NCBI GenBank assembly: GCA_030265395.1
Contig: JARFYF010000056.1
Span: 13,684,618-13,748,617 of the forward strand
Source: Rhina ancylostomus
Taxonomy: Eukaryota
Direction: 5' to 3'
DNA length: 64,000 nucleotides
Position numbers and translations under genes: made by a program
Notes under the pieces: model-generated
Databases searched by the model: none
Seen by the model: only the letters and a program-made list of their open reading frames with translations
What the model was told of the DNA's origin: nothing
Shown: positions 1 through 13,659 of the stretch, one piece after another
Numbering within the stretch: the first letter of the stretch is position 1
Layout: every line of letters begins with the position of its first letter

Positions 1-1880
1 CTTTCTCTTTCCCCCCCACACACTCTCTCTGTTGCCCTTTTATCTTTCTCTCTTTGCCTTCCCCATTCCATCTCTTCTCTGCCTCATTCCATCTTCCTAT
101 CCCCCTCTCTTTCTCTTTACCATCTTCATACCTACACCCTCTCTATTTGCCCCTCTTATCCATTCACATCACTGCAATGTGATTTTCCCAGCCTACTATC
201 TCCTAACATTAGCTCAATGGCTGACATTGAATGGAGTCAACAGAATTATCTTCTCTTTGGTTTACCTCATAGAGTCAGGCCTGGCAAGGTTTTTGGTGCA
301 CTGGAGTTTGTGACTTGTGAGGTGAAAACATTCCCTTACAGATTTTCTCAATACATCATTATGTTCTGCATTTATAAATGATGTGTTAAGTGAGAGATTC
401 CCACAAACTCTAGCAAACTCAACGAGGAAATAGTTTTCATTGTGTGGATGAGGACTGGAAACCAATGATGCAGCTTTCAGTCTAACCAGAAGAATACTGC
501 TACACACCAAGGCTTGGAAATATTCCCTAATTTAAAATAATCCTTCTGTTGATTTTTACTGTAGCTCAGGGAGGCAGACAGACATAGGCTGGGGAAGTTC
601 TCCATCTGAATGCCAATTGCCAAAAACAGTTGGTGAGAAGGATTGTTTGTAAAGGGTAGAACGAGCACCTGGTAAATCTTTGTCCTCAAGATGTAAACTG
701 AGCAGGAGTGATCTAGCAAAGGTTGGAGACTGCAGATGCTGTAAAACAGAAAATACTCAGCAGGTCAGACTGTTTAATTTTTGAAGTGACCCACCACTGC
801 CCTTGGTATGTTTTCACCCTGAGAATCTGCATTCAGGGATTTAATCACAGGAACATGGGAGTTGCTGAAGATGTTTCTGACACTGTCACCTGTTCTTTTA
901 GGACAAAACTGATTTTACATTTTTAACAAAACATTGACAGATACCATTTCTTTTAAATTGTGTGACTTCTACAGAACTCAAAGGGCTGCTAATTTATCTT
1001 AAATAATTTGTTTAATTCATTTAACTTAATCTATCCTTTAATAGGATTTCAATGCTCTTAATATTATAAATGCTTCATTACCTTGTCTCTGAAAGATTGG
1101 TTCGACCAACCTGTTGCAGGTGAGGTAGTCCCACTACACACTGGGGCTTGATGTAGGACCCTCTCATTGCACACCTCCCAACAATACCTATTTTCTTTGG
1201 ATTTATTGGATATTCAGACTTGTAGCGACAACTGCCAAGAAGATATTTGCCTGAAACAAGAATATTCATTCCTGCAACATTCTGATTTTAAGTATTGTAT
1301 AGAAATAATTTATTGTTTTATTTAATTTGTTGAACACAATATTTAATTGGCAGGTTAGCATGTTGACTTTTCACCTACTGTGTGGATTTCCATCTCGCTC
1401 AGAGTGAAAAGTTGAAGGCTTATTGTCTTGCTGGCTCTAAAGGTTCCTACGTGAGATGGGTTAGGGATCGACTCATCCCAGTTCCAAGTGGCTATGGTTA
1501 GACATTTTAGAATAATGTATATAAAAAATAAACGAGAACTGATTGGCTATCTCACTGTGGGCAACAGAAAGAAATGTTGCCAAGGAAACTGAAGGTCTGG
1601 TTGGGTTTGTGCTGAAGCTAACGCTAATGCACAGTGCATCAGTTAGCATAAAACTCTGCAGCTAACTCAAACTATAANNNNNNNNNNNNNNNNNNNNNNN
1701 NNNNNNNNNNNCTTAATGTGCCATTAAACAAGAGAAGGAGGGAGACTTAACTCAAAAAGATGGAGTTACATCTCTTGAGAACTGTTGTTCAAATTGGTCT
1801 CATCATTTTCATTGTATTTTTTCTTAAATATTAAACTTGTTTGATGTTCAATACTTTGCCGTCTTTCCTCACTTTGATAG

Positions 1881-2019
1881 AACGGGGCTTTTCACTCCCG
1901 ACATGGCATTTGAAACGATTGTGAAAAAGCAGATCTTGAAGATCAAAGAGCCCTGCCTCAAATGTGTGGACATGGTTATCAATGAGTTAATCAGTACGGT
2001 TAGGCAGTGTACCAAGAAG
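1881..2019 (+). CDS. dnm1: Dynamin-1 exon 10a (mutually exclusive, stalk/middle domain)
   Basis: 139-nt exon bounded by tag|A and AAG|gtaatt. Encodes [46 protein letters not shown], close to mammalian DNM1 exon 10a ([11 protein letters not shown]...[12 protein letters not shown]). Confidence 0.95.
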
Positions 2020-2157
2020 GTAATTTGCTGTCATGGAGTCCTGGAAACTTGCTGCCTGCTCTTGGATCTTCAGAGAGTTGCCTTTGGGATGGCCTTTCGG
2101 TGTTTGGGCTTAGCGAGCATCAGTAACCTGGCTGCAGGCACAAGCTGCTATTTAGCC

Positions 2158-2163
2158 TGCATG
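2158..2163 (+). promoter_or_regulatory. RBFOX motif TGCATG downstream of exon 10a
   Basis: TGCATG about 140 nt after the 10a donor; function inferred. Confidence 0.4.
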
Positions 2164-4299
2164 TTCACATACAGCACAGCCACCTTAGTTAATATTCATA
2201 GCAGTTTTCAGATGAAATAATAACCTTCAAGCAGACATCTTAACATGAAGGATCACATTAATATTGACTGCTTTAAAATGGAGCTGAAAATGACCATGAG
2301 ATGCAGATGTTTGAGCACAATGCTTTCCTAACTTATCCCATTAACTGCTTTCTTTTATATTAATAATTTGCATTTTATAGCATCTATGACCTAATTAAAC
2401 ATTCCAAATTATTTCAGGGAAGTGTGGATGCACAAAAGTTGACACAGAACCAAAGGTGGAAATCTGGACAGGTTTGAGGTTGTAATGATGGGAAGGAAAG
2501 GTCTACAGAGATGAGTGCTGAGGCAGATGAAAGCACATCCATCAGTGGTGGAACCAAGGAAATCTGGGATGCACTGGACTTCAGATTGAAGGAATGTGGA
2601 ATTCCTGAGGAATGCTGCAGGAGTTGGAAGGGGCAAACTGAAAGAGGAATTAGAATTTCACCTAGTTGAGAAGTGCAGGTCAAAGTTTACAAACACATCT
2701 TAAGAGACCTTCATTGACTTTGTCTTCATTTCTTCCCCAAGTGAGGCCAGTTCGCCACGTTACAACACACTAAGCCCAAGCACCTGTAAGCAGCTGTTTA
2801 TGCCCGACTGTATCAGCTGGAAATGACATGGCATGTCTTCCATGATGTGACAACATTAAGGCATAGGAACAAAGTGGGGAAAGCAGAAGCCTAAAGTAGG
2901 ACTCAAATTGGAGACGGCTAACTCTGGAAGGTCCAAACCCTTGGACAGGGGAACAGGCTAGGCCATGGAAGCATGGCTTGGGTTCTGATCGTTAGTGGCC
3001 TGCTGAAAGCATTTGGAGCGAATGCCTTGCACGTCATGAGGCACTGAATCAAGTGGGAGAAAGGACAGAGGAGGCATCAGATGCTCTAATTTTTTCGGAT
3101 CTCCAGATTCCAAATCAGAGTGGCTGGTGGAAAAGCAGGTGGATGGCCTCTGTTACGTTCTGGAGCCAAAAACCTGTTTCAAGAATCCCTCAATTAACTC
3201 TTGTTTTCAGCTGATGCTAACTTTGGGCTTAAGATGGCACATCACTCCCCCTGTAAGTGCAGTGGTTTCCTGGTATTTACCAGGGGAGGTGAACGCTGGC
3301 ACCAGACAAACAAGTATTTATCCCTGATTAATGGAGAACTCTGGCTTGACTGATCTTTATTTGGCCAGTAGGATGGTTTCGTTAACGCAGTCAACAATTC
3401 CCATGGTCCTCCAACTGGGATTATGCTGTGGTGTGCACAGTGGTGCCAGGCCCCTACCTTGCCCTGACCTAATCCCCATGGTCCTGTTTGAGCTGAGTTC
3501 AGGTAGTCCCTATTGCACAGGAGAACCAAGGGCACAAAGATTTTCCCTCTTGTTGAATTTACTTTGTTGGTGAGTTATGGATGGAAAGAGTTACAGCTAA
3601 AATTTAACAGAGTATAGTGCTGATTTTTCGAGCTAAAGAATGAAACAACTGGCAGTGTAGCAGATATCCAATGGTCCTTCACCTCTGTAACCCTTAGCCC
3701 ACTGTTTGGAGTGCAACAGCAGGACAACTGGAACAGAAAGCAATGCAAAGTCAATGCAGAGTCCTTGAACACTGGGGATTCTTTCATTCCAATAGCCTTT
3801 TGAAAGTTGTTACTTAATCTGCTTCCACCATCCCTTTTGCAGCACATTTAATTTGTCATTTTTAATTTGAAGTTTCTTCCTCATTATTGCTCTTATTCTT
3901 TTTTTAATGATGTAATGTGTGCTCCTACCACTGGAAACAGTTCCCCCTTAATCCCTCTGTTGAAATTCTTCATCATTTTGAGCACCACTATTTTGAGCAC
4001 ACATCTCCTTCTATCTCTGCCCCTTTGGGTAGTTCCAGGTGACCCTTCTGTACAAGTTGTTTCGTCAAACAGAAAGCATCATTTAGCCCAAATGGATAAG
4101 GAGACTGATGTAGCAGCTTGTCTAAGTGAAGCTCCAAGGACCCTTACGCAGAGAAAGATGAGAGTGTGAAGAGTAGCTCAGTGGATAAGGTTTCTGAATG
4201 CATGGTGTGGGAGGCCATTTGAGAACTAAGGAGCAAGGATGGACCACAATGCCCCTCCAACTTGCTTAACTGTTCATTAAGATTAAAGTCATTGAGATA

Positions 4300-4605
4300 T
4301 AGAACCATTCAGCACAGAAAGAGGCCATTTGGCCCACCAAGTCTATGCCAACCACCACCAACCCATTTACATTAATCCTACATTAATTCCATTTATTAAT
4401 TCTCATCAATTACCCCCAGATTCTATCACTTACCTGTTTATAGTGCAATACAGAGGCAATTTACAGTGGCCAATTAACCTACTAACTCAGATACCTCAGA
4501 TGGTCATAAGGAGAATGTCCAAACTCGACATGTTCGGAGGTCAGGATTGAACCTGGGTCTCTGGTGCTGTGAGGCAGTGGCTCTATGAGCTGTACCACTG
4601 TGCCA
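4300..4605 (-). mobile_element. tRNA-derived V-SINE (HE1-like), decayed
   Basis: Reverse-complement similarity to the SINE at 60695-61005 (tRNA-like head gtggcacagtggtacag...ccagagacccaggttcaatcctgacc; CR1-like tail). Confidence 0.7.
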
Positions 4606-5029
4606 CATCAACTTGTGCCTCCCATGTGTCTCTCCAACAGGGGAAAGCCTCTCAGCATCTGCCCTTTCAGGCCCTGTAATAATTGTGCGTGTTTTATTGA
4701 GATCATCTTTCTACCTTTTTAAAATAGCAACCTTGATCTTAGAGAAAGGGGAAAGCTGAGAGGTAGGGTAATCATGTGGTTTGAGAGTCCTGATTACGAA
4801 TCAATCAAATAAAATCCAGTCTGATTGTAGATACTAATAGATTCTTTCATCGGCTGGAGAGTATATGACAACAACCTACATTTATTTAGTACCTGTTGAC
4901 ATAGTTAACCATCCCAAGAAGCTTTGCAGGACCATTGTTAAACAAGCTCTAATCCAGGACTGGATTAACAGCTACAGTTTGGGTTAGATGACCAAAAGCC
5001 TAGTCCAAGGTGGGTTTTAATAAGAACAT

Positions 5030-5580
5030 AAAAACATTAGAAAGAGAAGCCAGCCTTGGCTGTATGTTCTGCTTCATTGGTCGGTGACATCAGTGTTTGA
5101 TCCGAGCTTGGTCTCAGCTCCACCTTCCTGCCTGTCCCCTATAATCCTTCACTCTGCCATAGACCAAATAACTGTCTCATCTGGCCTCGAACACATTAAG
5201 TGACTCGACCTTCACAGCTCTCCGGAGTAGAGAATTCTAACAAGTTAGAACACTCGAAGAGAAAAATTCTTCCTCATCTCCTTGAATCATCTTAAATGGG
5301 TGATCCCTTTTTCTGAAACGATGCCTCCTCGTTCTAGATAGGCCCAAAGGGNNNNNNNNNNNNNNNNNNNNNNNNNNNNNNNNNNNNNNNNNNNNNNNNN
5401 NNNNNNNNNNNNNNNNNNNNNNNNNNNNNNNNNNNNNNNNNNNNNNNNNNNTAGATAGGCCCAAAGGGGGAACATCCCCTCAACATCCACCAAGTCAATC
5501 CCTTTCATTCTTCTGAACTCCAGCGAGTACAGGCTCAACCTGCTCAACCCAGGACAACCCCCTTCATCCCAGAAGTCAGC
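5030..5580 (-). mobile_element. CR1 LINE 3' fragment
   Basis: Reverse-complement similarity to the CR1 copy at 30140-31170 (LYSLEFRRMKG motif); internal N gap. Confidence 0.7.
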
Positions 5581-6378
5581 CTCTTAAAGGAGAGTGAGTT
5601 TTAGAGTCCATATTCCAAAGTAAAGGTGTAATTGAAGCTTTTGGTGGTATAGACTTAAACTTATGATGATGTCACAGTTATCTCCCCAACCCATCAGAAT
5701 TACAATCCAGGTGGGAGAATTGCTGTTTACATCATCAAAGGAAAGCTGCTTTTGTTCTGATGTAAGAAAGAGAGCAAGCTAAGTATGAGGAGCACTGTGA
5801 GTAGCTGCCCCTGCCTTGGACCCATCTGTGGCACTGACTGTACAAGTTGCTCACTATCAGGTACTTAGAACTGATGTGGGGGGCTGTTGTCACTGGGCTG
5901 GGTTTTGATCACAAACGTGCCATTTTCCAGCAAAAATCCACCAGCTGGTTCTCAAATTGCTCTGTCCATCTGTCAAAGTCCAAAGCAAATTATTCTGCAC
6001 AGAACTGAGGACTGCAGCAGTTTTGGCATGACTGATTGGATCCCTGGTGAGTCAGTAAGACCTTAACCTGGCTTCTAAATTAACACCCGAAACAACGTTG
6101 CTCTCTGTTGACAGTTTAAAGACCCCAATTATTTTAACCGTTCAATACTCCATGTATTGAATACTTGTTTGTCAGCTGGAACCTGCGCTCTCTCCCACCC
6201 CCTCTCCCATACCACCCCATCCTCACCCTCAGTTCGAAAGCCTTAAAGGTAACCGAGGTCTTACTCTTCCTTTTGCTTTATGTCCTCCCCATGTTTTCAT
6301 CCCCACACCCTGCTATTCCCCACCTTCTTTCCTCGCCCCCACCCCTTGTTGTCATTTTCCTCCCATGATGCAATGCAG

Positions 6379-6517
6379 AACTGGGCTCTTCACCCCTGAC
6401 CTTGCTTTTGAGGCTATAGTGAAAAAGCAGATCCAAAAGCTGAAGGAGCCATGTTTGAAGTGCGTAGATATGGTGGTGAGCGAACTCACTGGCACCATCA
6501 GAAAGTGTACTGAAAAG
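6379..6517 (+). CDS. dnm1: Dynamin-1 exon 10b (mutually exclusive alternative to 10a)
   Basis: 139-nt exon bounded by cag|A and AAG|gtaaaa, same length and phase as 10a. Encodes [46 protein letters not shown], resembling DNM1 exon 10b (VVSELTATIRKCSEK). Confidence 0.95.
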
Positions 6518-7769
6518 GTAAAAGGTCAAACCCTTTCTTTGAACCCTGCCTTTGCTACATTAATTTATTTAACTCAAAATTAAACTGATGCCTTTTTCAT
6601 TCTAAGGCAATGCTGACTAAGATACATGTAGAGCATGAGCTTCCGATTTCAGTTTGCTACTCAAAAGAATGTTAGCTGTTGCATTGGAACCTGGGTTGTC
6701 TTTGGGAGATGTGAGTAACCTGTAGTTAACTGGGCAAGACACTAGATTGATTTAAAACCCTTTAATTTCAGAACATTTGTAGATTGTTTATGAAGTGTGT
6801 AAGTTCCCACTTCTGTTTCATTTGATGTTTGTTAATTTTTTGTACTGAAACTAATTTATCAGAACTAACAGGGATGTCAGGGCTGTGATGGAGGGACCCT
6901 GCCAAGCACTGATCTTTGATATCTTACGATATCTTCTGCCCCTTGCTAATGGAAAGTTGTTAATGTTTAGCCAAGTTTTTCCCCACTTCCTGACTTCTTC
7001 ACCTTCTTATGCCCCATCACACTTAGAAGAAAGGAGAGAATATTTTCCAGGGTCTCTAACTATTCTATTTTGGGTCTGGTGGCTGGGATGCTTGGAAGAG
7101 TGGACTAGGTTAAGCCAATTTTCCTCACCATATTCTGAGAGAAAACTTTGGCTGGGAAAGTTTGGTTGATATTGGGAAGTTGTATTGTGAGGGCAACAAC
7201 ATCAAACACTCAGTAGGTCAAGCAGCACCTGTAGAAAGGAAAACAGAGTTAAAGTTTCAGGTTGAAGACCCTTCATTAATTTCGGATTTCCAATGTCTAC
7301 AGCTTTTTGATTTTCACATAACAGTGTGGCTGGGGCTCATTTCTTTAGAAAGGAGAAGACTGTTGAATGTCTTCAAAATTTTGAAGAGATTTGATGCACT
7401 CAGAGAGGATACCTCTACAGTGAGGAAATTTAAATCTGGAGTCATAAATTCAAAACAGTCAACGAGAGAGCCAAATTAAATCTTCTTGTTATTTTTGCCA
7501 TTCTGTGACATGAGGCCTCTGAAAGAGATTCCAGTGAATTCCCTGATGTGATTTGGGCCTGGATCCTAATATTTTTCTTCATCGCAGTATCTTTGCTTTC
7601 TTGTGAAATCTTCATCCCTCATAAAATGTCGAAACACCAACTGTGAAGAGTGTTCACAATTAATAATTTGTAAACCTTAGCAATTGTTACATTTTAATTG
7701 GATTTTAATCCAGTTCTTCATTTTCCTCAGAGAACTGAACGGCTTTCACTCATGGTTCAGTGGGTGTCC

Positions 7770-7980
7770 CTCCCATGGTTGGCTGAGGCTTCAAGTCACA
7801 GTCTGGAACCCTAACCTATGCTTGCATGAGTTAAACACTGAGAGTGTTCCCCACCATTCAAGGTAGCTTCTGTCAAATGACAGTTCAAACTGTTGCCTTT
7901 TCTGCTTTCTGGGTGGATGTACAGGCTTCCAAGGCCATACTTGAAGGCAAGCAGAACAGTTCTTGTTCATAATTTGAATA
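7770..7980 (+). mobile_element. Deu-domain SINE (SacSINE/AmnSINE-like), highly decayed
   Basis: Resembles the copies at 39230-39480, 41250-41370 (-) and 51640-51745 (ttcaagtc...cactgag.gagtg...). Confidence 0.45.
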
Positions 7981-8214
7981 TTGTAGTTTTTTTCCCTTTG
8001 ATCTTCAATGAGTTAATGGAATCAAATGCAATCATTTTTACCTCAAACTCCGCTTTCACCCTCAATTGTCTTCTGCTAATTGCACATGTTATGTCATGAA
8101 TATTTTATTAGCTGGCTCAGCAATAACTGGCTACACATTGTTAGTGTGAGGTCTGAAATCTTAATTATGTGGTTTCTTTTAATTAGAGAGATCAATTAAG
8201 ATTTTCAATAATAC

Positions 8215-8700
8215 AAAAGCAAAATACCGAAGATGTTTGAAATCTGAATAAAAATAGCAGTGCTGGAACTATTCAACAGGTCAGGCAGCATCTGTGGAGA
8301 GAGGAACAGGGTTAAAGTTTTGGGCTGGTGAACTGGGAAAAGTTGGAGGTGAAAAGCTTTTAAGATAAAATGGATGGAGGTGTCGCGTAAGGAGGGAGAG
8401 ACTATCAGGGAAGTCTGATGAGGTGGAGGGCTGGAAAGCTAAATGATAAACAAGGATTGTTGTGCAAAGTGAAAGAGGGTGGTCTGAGGAGAAGGAAAGG
8501 AACTAAAGTGGGTTTGGGGAACAGGTAAATGGGCCAATCACCTGAAATTGCCGAAGGAAATCTGGAATAGAAACGGATAATCCTGGAACCACCCATGAGG
8601 TGAAAGTGTTGAACTTGTTGAGTTCAGAAGGCTGTAATGCACCCAATGGAAGGTGCAGTGCTGTTCCTTGAGCTTGCCTTGAGATTGCACCATTGTGTAC
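8215..8700 (-). mobile_element. Penelope-like element terminal fragment
   Basis: gaagatgtttgaaatctgaataaaaa...caacaggtcaggcagcatctgtggagag, the same family end as at 52880-53006. Confidence 0.55.
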
Positions 8701-9714
8701 AATTATTTAAAGGTTCCCCATACATCAACTACTTGCACTAAAAACCTTCTTTTCTTGAAATGGGGACACTCTAGCTGAAAGACTAGATGTCCTTGTTTTT
8801 ATCTGCTAATTGCGCAATGAAGTGTTCCCACCCAAGTTGTCTGCACCAGTGATTACCGCTGGGTGAAATTGAACCCACTGGGAAATTGACCTGGGCAATT
8901 CGTAGCAATGCGCCCAACGTTTTCTGGGGCAGCAAACGACCGCCTTGGTTGAACAGCACATGTTTCTCCCACTGCCATTGTTTGGGGCAACCAACAACCT
9001 TTTCCTACCAGTCATAGAACAACTGCACATGGAACAGGGGTCAGAAAGGAGGTGGCCATTAATGGGCTGGCACCATGACCTTTACATACTGCACACTGCA
9101 TTGGCCAGCCTCACCTTATAAAGAAAACAATTCAGCAGAGCTCCCTTCACCGAACGTGGTCTCTTTTAGCGATTCAGTTTTGAGCTGCTTGCTGTGATCA
9201 CTGGCCCTCCGATCAGCCTGCACTCACAGTGGCTCGGGGACACTGGCAACACAAGTGTATTGAAGAACACTGTGACCCCCTCTATGATTTCCTTTATCTC
9301 CTTGTAAGCCTTTCCTGTAGCTGGGGTGTGGTTGTTATAGGTAAGAGCTCTTTAAGTTCTGACACGCTTCCTTGCAGTCAGTGCAGCACTAATGCAGCAG
9401 ATGCAAGCTCTGTGCGTAGCCCCAGATNNNNNNNNNNNNNNNCCCAGTTTAGGATGTTTCTGTGCGTAGACTGCTGTACCACTGCTTTTAATGGACTATT
9501 ACCCAATTTCACAAGTTTTCTGGGGAGTTGTGAGTGGGCGTTAGCATTGTCTGCAGCATATGATTAAAAGTGGGTGGAATCCAATTTCTTGCCATTTGGC
9601 TTTTCAGTCTCTGAGACATTTTCTGATCTTCTTTGTCACCACAATTATTAATTAGCCAGTTTTGGAGAGGTTCCTGCTTCCATTCTGTGCAGCCATTTCA
9701 TGACTTTTAACTTT

Positions 9715-9848
9715 TAATCCTGAGGCAGGGTTTCTACCCAAAACGTCGACAATTCCTTTCCTCTCACAGATGCTGCTTGCCCTGTTGAGTTCCTCCAGCA
9801 GTTTATTTGTTGCTCTAGATTCCAGCATCTGCAGTCTCTTGTGTCTGC
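9715..9848 (+). mobile_element. Penelope-derived terminal repeat with a decayed hammerhead motif
   Basis: cctgaggcagggtttctacccaaaacgtcgacaattcc...cacagatgctgc...gagttcctccagca...ttccagcatctgcagtctcttgtgtct. Confidence 0.65.
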
Positions 9849-10409
9849 CTCATAACTTTTACGTTTCAATGAGATCCCCTTCTAAACTCCAGCGAGTAAA
9901 GGCCTGTCTCTTTCCCCTTTAACTAGCCATTGCTGAGTAAAATTCTCTTTAGATTTCCATTTTTAAATTATTTTGTTGTTTTTTTTACGCTTTCCTTTAT
10001 TTTTGTGTGCTCTTTTTCTCTCTGCCACGGCTTATATTCTCTTAGTTTATCCATTTTCCTGATCTCCTTCTACCTCCTTGTCTGTCAGTAGTGCACTGTG
10101 TCTGGAGGGCCTCGTTCTCTACTGCTGGAGATCAGCTGGATGCAGAGTAGCCCCCCCGTACTTGCGTTTAAATTGTACACCGCCACATTGAGTAACCTAA
10201 AGTGTTAGCAGCATACTGCAGTGACTTCCGTGTGATGCCACAGATTTAAGGTTTATGGCCAAGCCAGATATTACTTGCTCTGGGTTTCCTGTTCACATTC
10301 TAGGGGCTTGTTTTTCTCAGCGATGTAGGGTCACACAGAGACACACATGGTTTCTTCTGTGGTGCTGATCTTGCTTCACATTGAATATTAAAATACAGCT
10401 CTCCATACT

Positions 10410-10740
10410 GGTGGTGCAGCAGTTAACCTACAGGTTTAGTAACTCAGACGCATGAGTTAACAATCCAGAGGTTTGAGTTCAAATCACACCATGGCAACTA
10501 TGGAATTTAAGTTTAATTAATACTCTGGTATTTGGAGCAAAAGCTATTCTTAGCAATAATGATCACAAAAACTTCTGAATTGTTGTAAAAACCCAATTGA
10601 TTTATTAATAACCTTCAAGGGAGGAATTCTGCCATCTTCACCTGGTCTGGCCTATATGTGACTCCAGTGCCACCAGCACAGTTGACAATAAGCGCTCTCT
10701 ATAGTTTCTGAAATAGCAGAGGGAGCCACTTAATTAGGAC
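10410..10740 (+). mobile_element. tRNA-derived SINE (shark SINE2-type)
   Basis: gagttcaaatc B-box-like motif plus body ttgtaaaaaccc...cctggtctggcctatatgtgactccag; related copies at about 61300-61545 and 63180-63375 (-). Confidence 0.6.
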
Positions 10741-10794
10741 TGAGGTGGTCCAAGTCGGTGGCACGTTACCATCTTCCCAATGGCAGGGGAGATA

Positions 10795-11005
10795 TCCAGA
10801 TCCTGGAACGAGCTGCCAGAGGAAGTGGTCAAGGCGGGTACAATTGCAACACCTAAGAGGCATTTGGATAGGTACATGGAAGGGAGGGGCTTGGAGGGTT
10901 ATGGGCTGAATGTGGGCAACTGGGACCAGCTGGGAGGATGATGTGGTCGGCATGGACCAGTTGGACCGAAGGGCCTTTTTCTGTGCTGTATTACTCAATG
11001 ACTCT
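10795..11005 (+). mobile_element. CR1 LINE 3' end
   Basis: tggaacgagctgccagaggaagtgg...ggccttttt ctgtgctgtattactc; matches the CR1 tails at 24480-24970 and 63535-64000. Confidence 0.8.
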
Positions 11006-13415
11006 ATCCTGGAAAAGATTGAACGCAATAAAAATGAGCATAGCCTGGATTAAGAAGTGGGAAATATCAGTGCCATGTATATCCCGATTTCTTTTCTCGA
11101 CATTGATTTCTGAAGTGTCATGTGACAGTGACCATTCCTGAGCTGTCATTGCAGAATCTCGATCAGACGCTCAAAGGTGTGAGTCATGCTTACTCCCCAG
11201 GGGTGCATGGACTGCACTGGGACCAGTGCAGTCCTCCTTTCGGAGTGCTGTGGCAAAACTTGGAATGACCTTCATAACTTCCCCTCCCCTTGTGAACCAT
11301 TGGATGGGGCCTCCTGCCCATTAGGTCAATTAATTGCCTTAATGTTGTCACCTCTTGCAATTCCACCCATTATGTTACCCCCCTGAGCCCCTCACCCCAG
11401 AACCCTGACCCTTCCCCCATTAGCTCACTGCAACCCCTCTCACTCATTGATCATGCATCATTCTCCCAGTGTCCCCGTATTTCGTTTTCCTTGCCTCTTG
11501 TTTTTCTTGTGACTATCAATCAGTTCTAGGCTCTGATGCACACACCATCCACCCTCCCAAGCAGCCATTGATCCCGAATCAAACCTTGGAAGGGAGTATA
11601 AAGCAACAGCTGAGGTCCTGGCTCCCTGCTGTTAACACAAGGTGCACTAGAATCACTGAGCCTAAGTATCTCAGGTCCAGTATGTGTCACATTACAAACC
11701 CACAGACCAATATTGTGGTTACATGAGTTAAATTCTGCGAAAATGTCATGAAAATTGTGTCATCTTTGTCAAGGAAGAGTAAAGAATCAAAGGTGATTAA
11801 AAGATTTGTTAGACTAGGCATAAAAACCATTTCATCTTTGTGAGTTCAGTACAAGGGGTAGAATCTTGAGCTTCTGGGGCAATGGGATCACACAGGGCAG
11901 TGGAAATCTGAACATCTTCCCCCAAGTAGCTGTGGAAACCTGGAGCCATTTGTAAGTGCCAAAACTCTGATTTTTAGGTGTTTGTTAGGCAAGGGTTCCA
12001 GGGCTGAGGCAGGGAAATAAAGTAACACATTAGATCATCCACAGTGTAATCAGATGGCAGAACAGGGGCTGAATACTCCAACTGCTGTTTCTATGTTTAT
12101 TCATTGATCTGATTCCGGGCCCAATTCATCAGCAGCACCTTTGCTCTAATGAGGAACTTGAGGTCCATTAGTGTCGCTTGGAAAGCCTATTGTATGTTAT
12201 CAATGTGGCCTCACGGCTAATGTCTCCTGAGAAAAGCACTTTAAGCCAGTGTGGGCACTAATTGGCAGGATCCTTTCCTTGTTACCCTTGCCTTGTGACC
12301 TTGCTGTACAGATAAATTGATACTTGGGGCGCTTAACCATCTTGTTCTGCTGTCGTTCAGTCACATACAGACACCAAGGTCTTGTCTCTGCTTTATACAG
12401 TGAAGGGCTCTGCTAGCTTTGGAAAGGAAATATTAGTCTTCAGACTTTTCAATTGCAATCGACAAAAATAAGTGTTATTTTCTTTCTGCATGGATAGCGG
12501 AATGTACATGTACAGGAGCCCAGGGTGTCTGTGCTGTGGGCTTTTAGTGGGCAGGTTCATTCCAAGTTAAAATATAACTATAGGGCTTAGGTAGGGGGTG
12601 ATAGGGTAAATCTGGAGTGGGTTTGAGCTTTTATCAGCATCTTGTTGATGTTAGCAGATGGGAGTGTAACATATTTCCCATTTGTTTCGATGGGGTTTAC
12701 ATTGGCTTTCAGTTGTTTTCCATGTTGGAATTATACGTGGTTTAAATTGGCCCAGTGTTCCTTCTGCCGTTTCTTGTTCAGCCACAAACAATTCTCTCTG
12801 CAAGTTCCACAATTTCCTACAGGTTTTGTGGGAAAATATTAATGCAACCTTAATTTTAGCAAGAGAATTATAGGAAAGAAAATGGCCACTGGACAGATGG
12901 GAAACTGTATCTGACACAATTACTTTGGGGACATGCTAATCCCTTTGTTTTAACTATTCTAATGACTCATTAAAGTGCCAGCAAAGGGTGGCCAGATGAA
13001 AGTGTTTGTCCTCGAATAATTTTTAAGATCGCAGTCTGCATAATCCATCATGTAGAATATAGTTGCTTCACTAAAAGTTGGTGTTTAACCTGAAAGCATT
13101 AATCACAGGTTATTAATACTGTTTGGTGTTACTAATAATAGGCTCTATAGTTGAAGAAGAGGGAAATAGGATGGTTGGAGTTCATCTTGGTCTTGCCCTG
13201 TGGAAAGGAAGATAATCTTCTACCTTACTTGAACATAACTATTAATCAAACACGTTATGGACAATGTCTCTCTGAAGAGAAGGCCTCAGTCTGAGATCTT
13301 CCTACATCATGTCCACTCTGAGAATCCTTGATGTGAGAATACAACAGTTCCTAGTGCATGGGTGAGAGAGCTGAGCAGGCGTAACATTTAGTCAGAAGAC
13401 CAGATCTGACCACTA

Positions 13416-13417
<2 letters not shown>

Positions 13418-13490
<73 letters not shown>

Positions 13491-13590
13491 NNNNNNNNNN
13501 NNNNNNNNNNNNNNNNNNNNNNNNNNNNNNNNNNNNNNNNNNNNNNNNNNNNNNNNNNNNNNNNNNNNNNNNNNNNNNNNNNNNNNNNNN

Positions 13591-13655
<65 letters not shown>
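13418..13655. repeat. (GT)n microsatellite spanning an N gap
   Basis: Directly visible. Confidence 0.97.

Positions 13656-13659
<4 letters not shown>

Noticed and set aside
5335-5468. Direct repeats flanking 100-N gaps (also 51845-52006, 55311-55448 and 60525-60764)
   Set aside because: Near-identical sequence immediately either side of a fixed-size gap indicates unmerged contig or haplotype overlap, not biology.
1837-6583. Two dynamin-like ORFs read as a tandem gene duplication or pseudogene
   Set aside because: Equal length, equal phase and intact splice sites match the known 10a/10b mutually exclusive pair.
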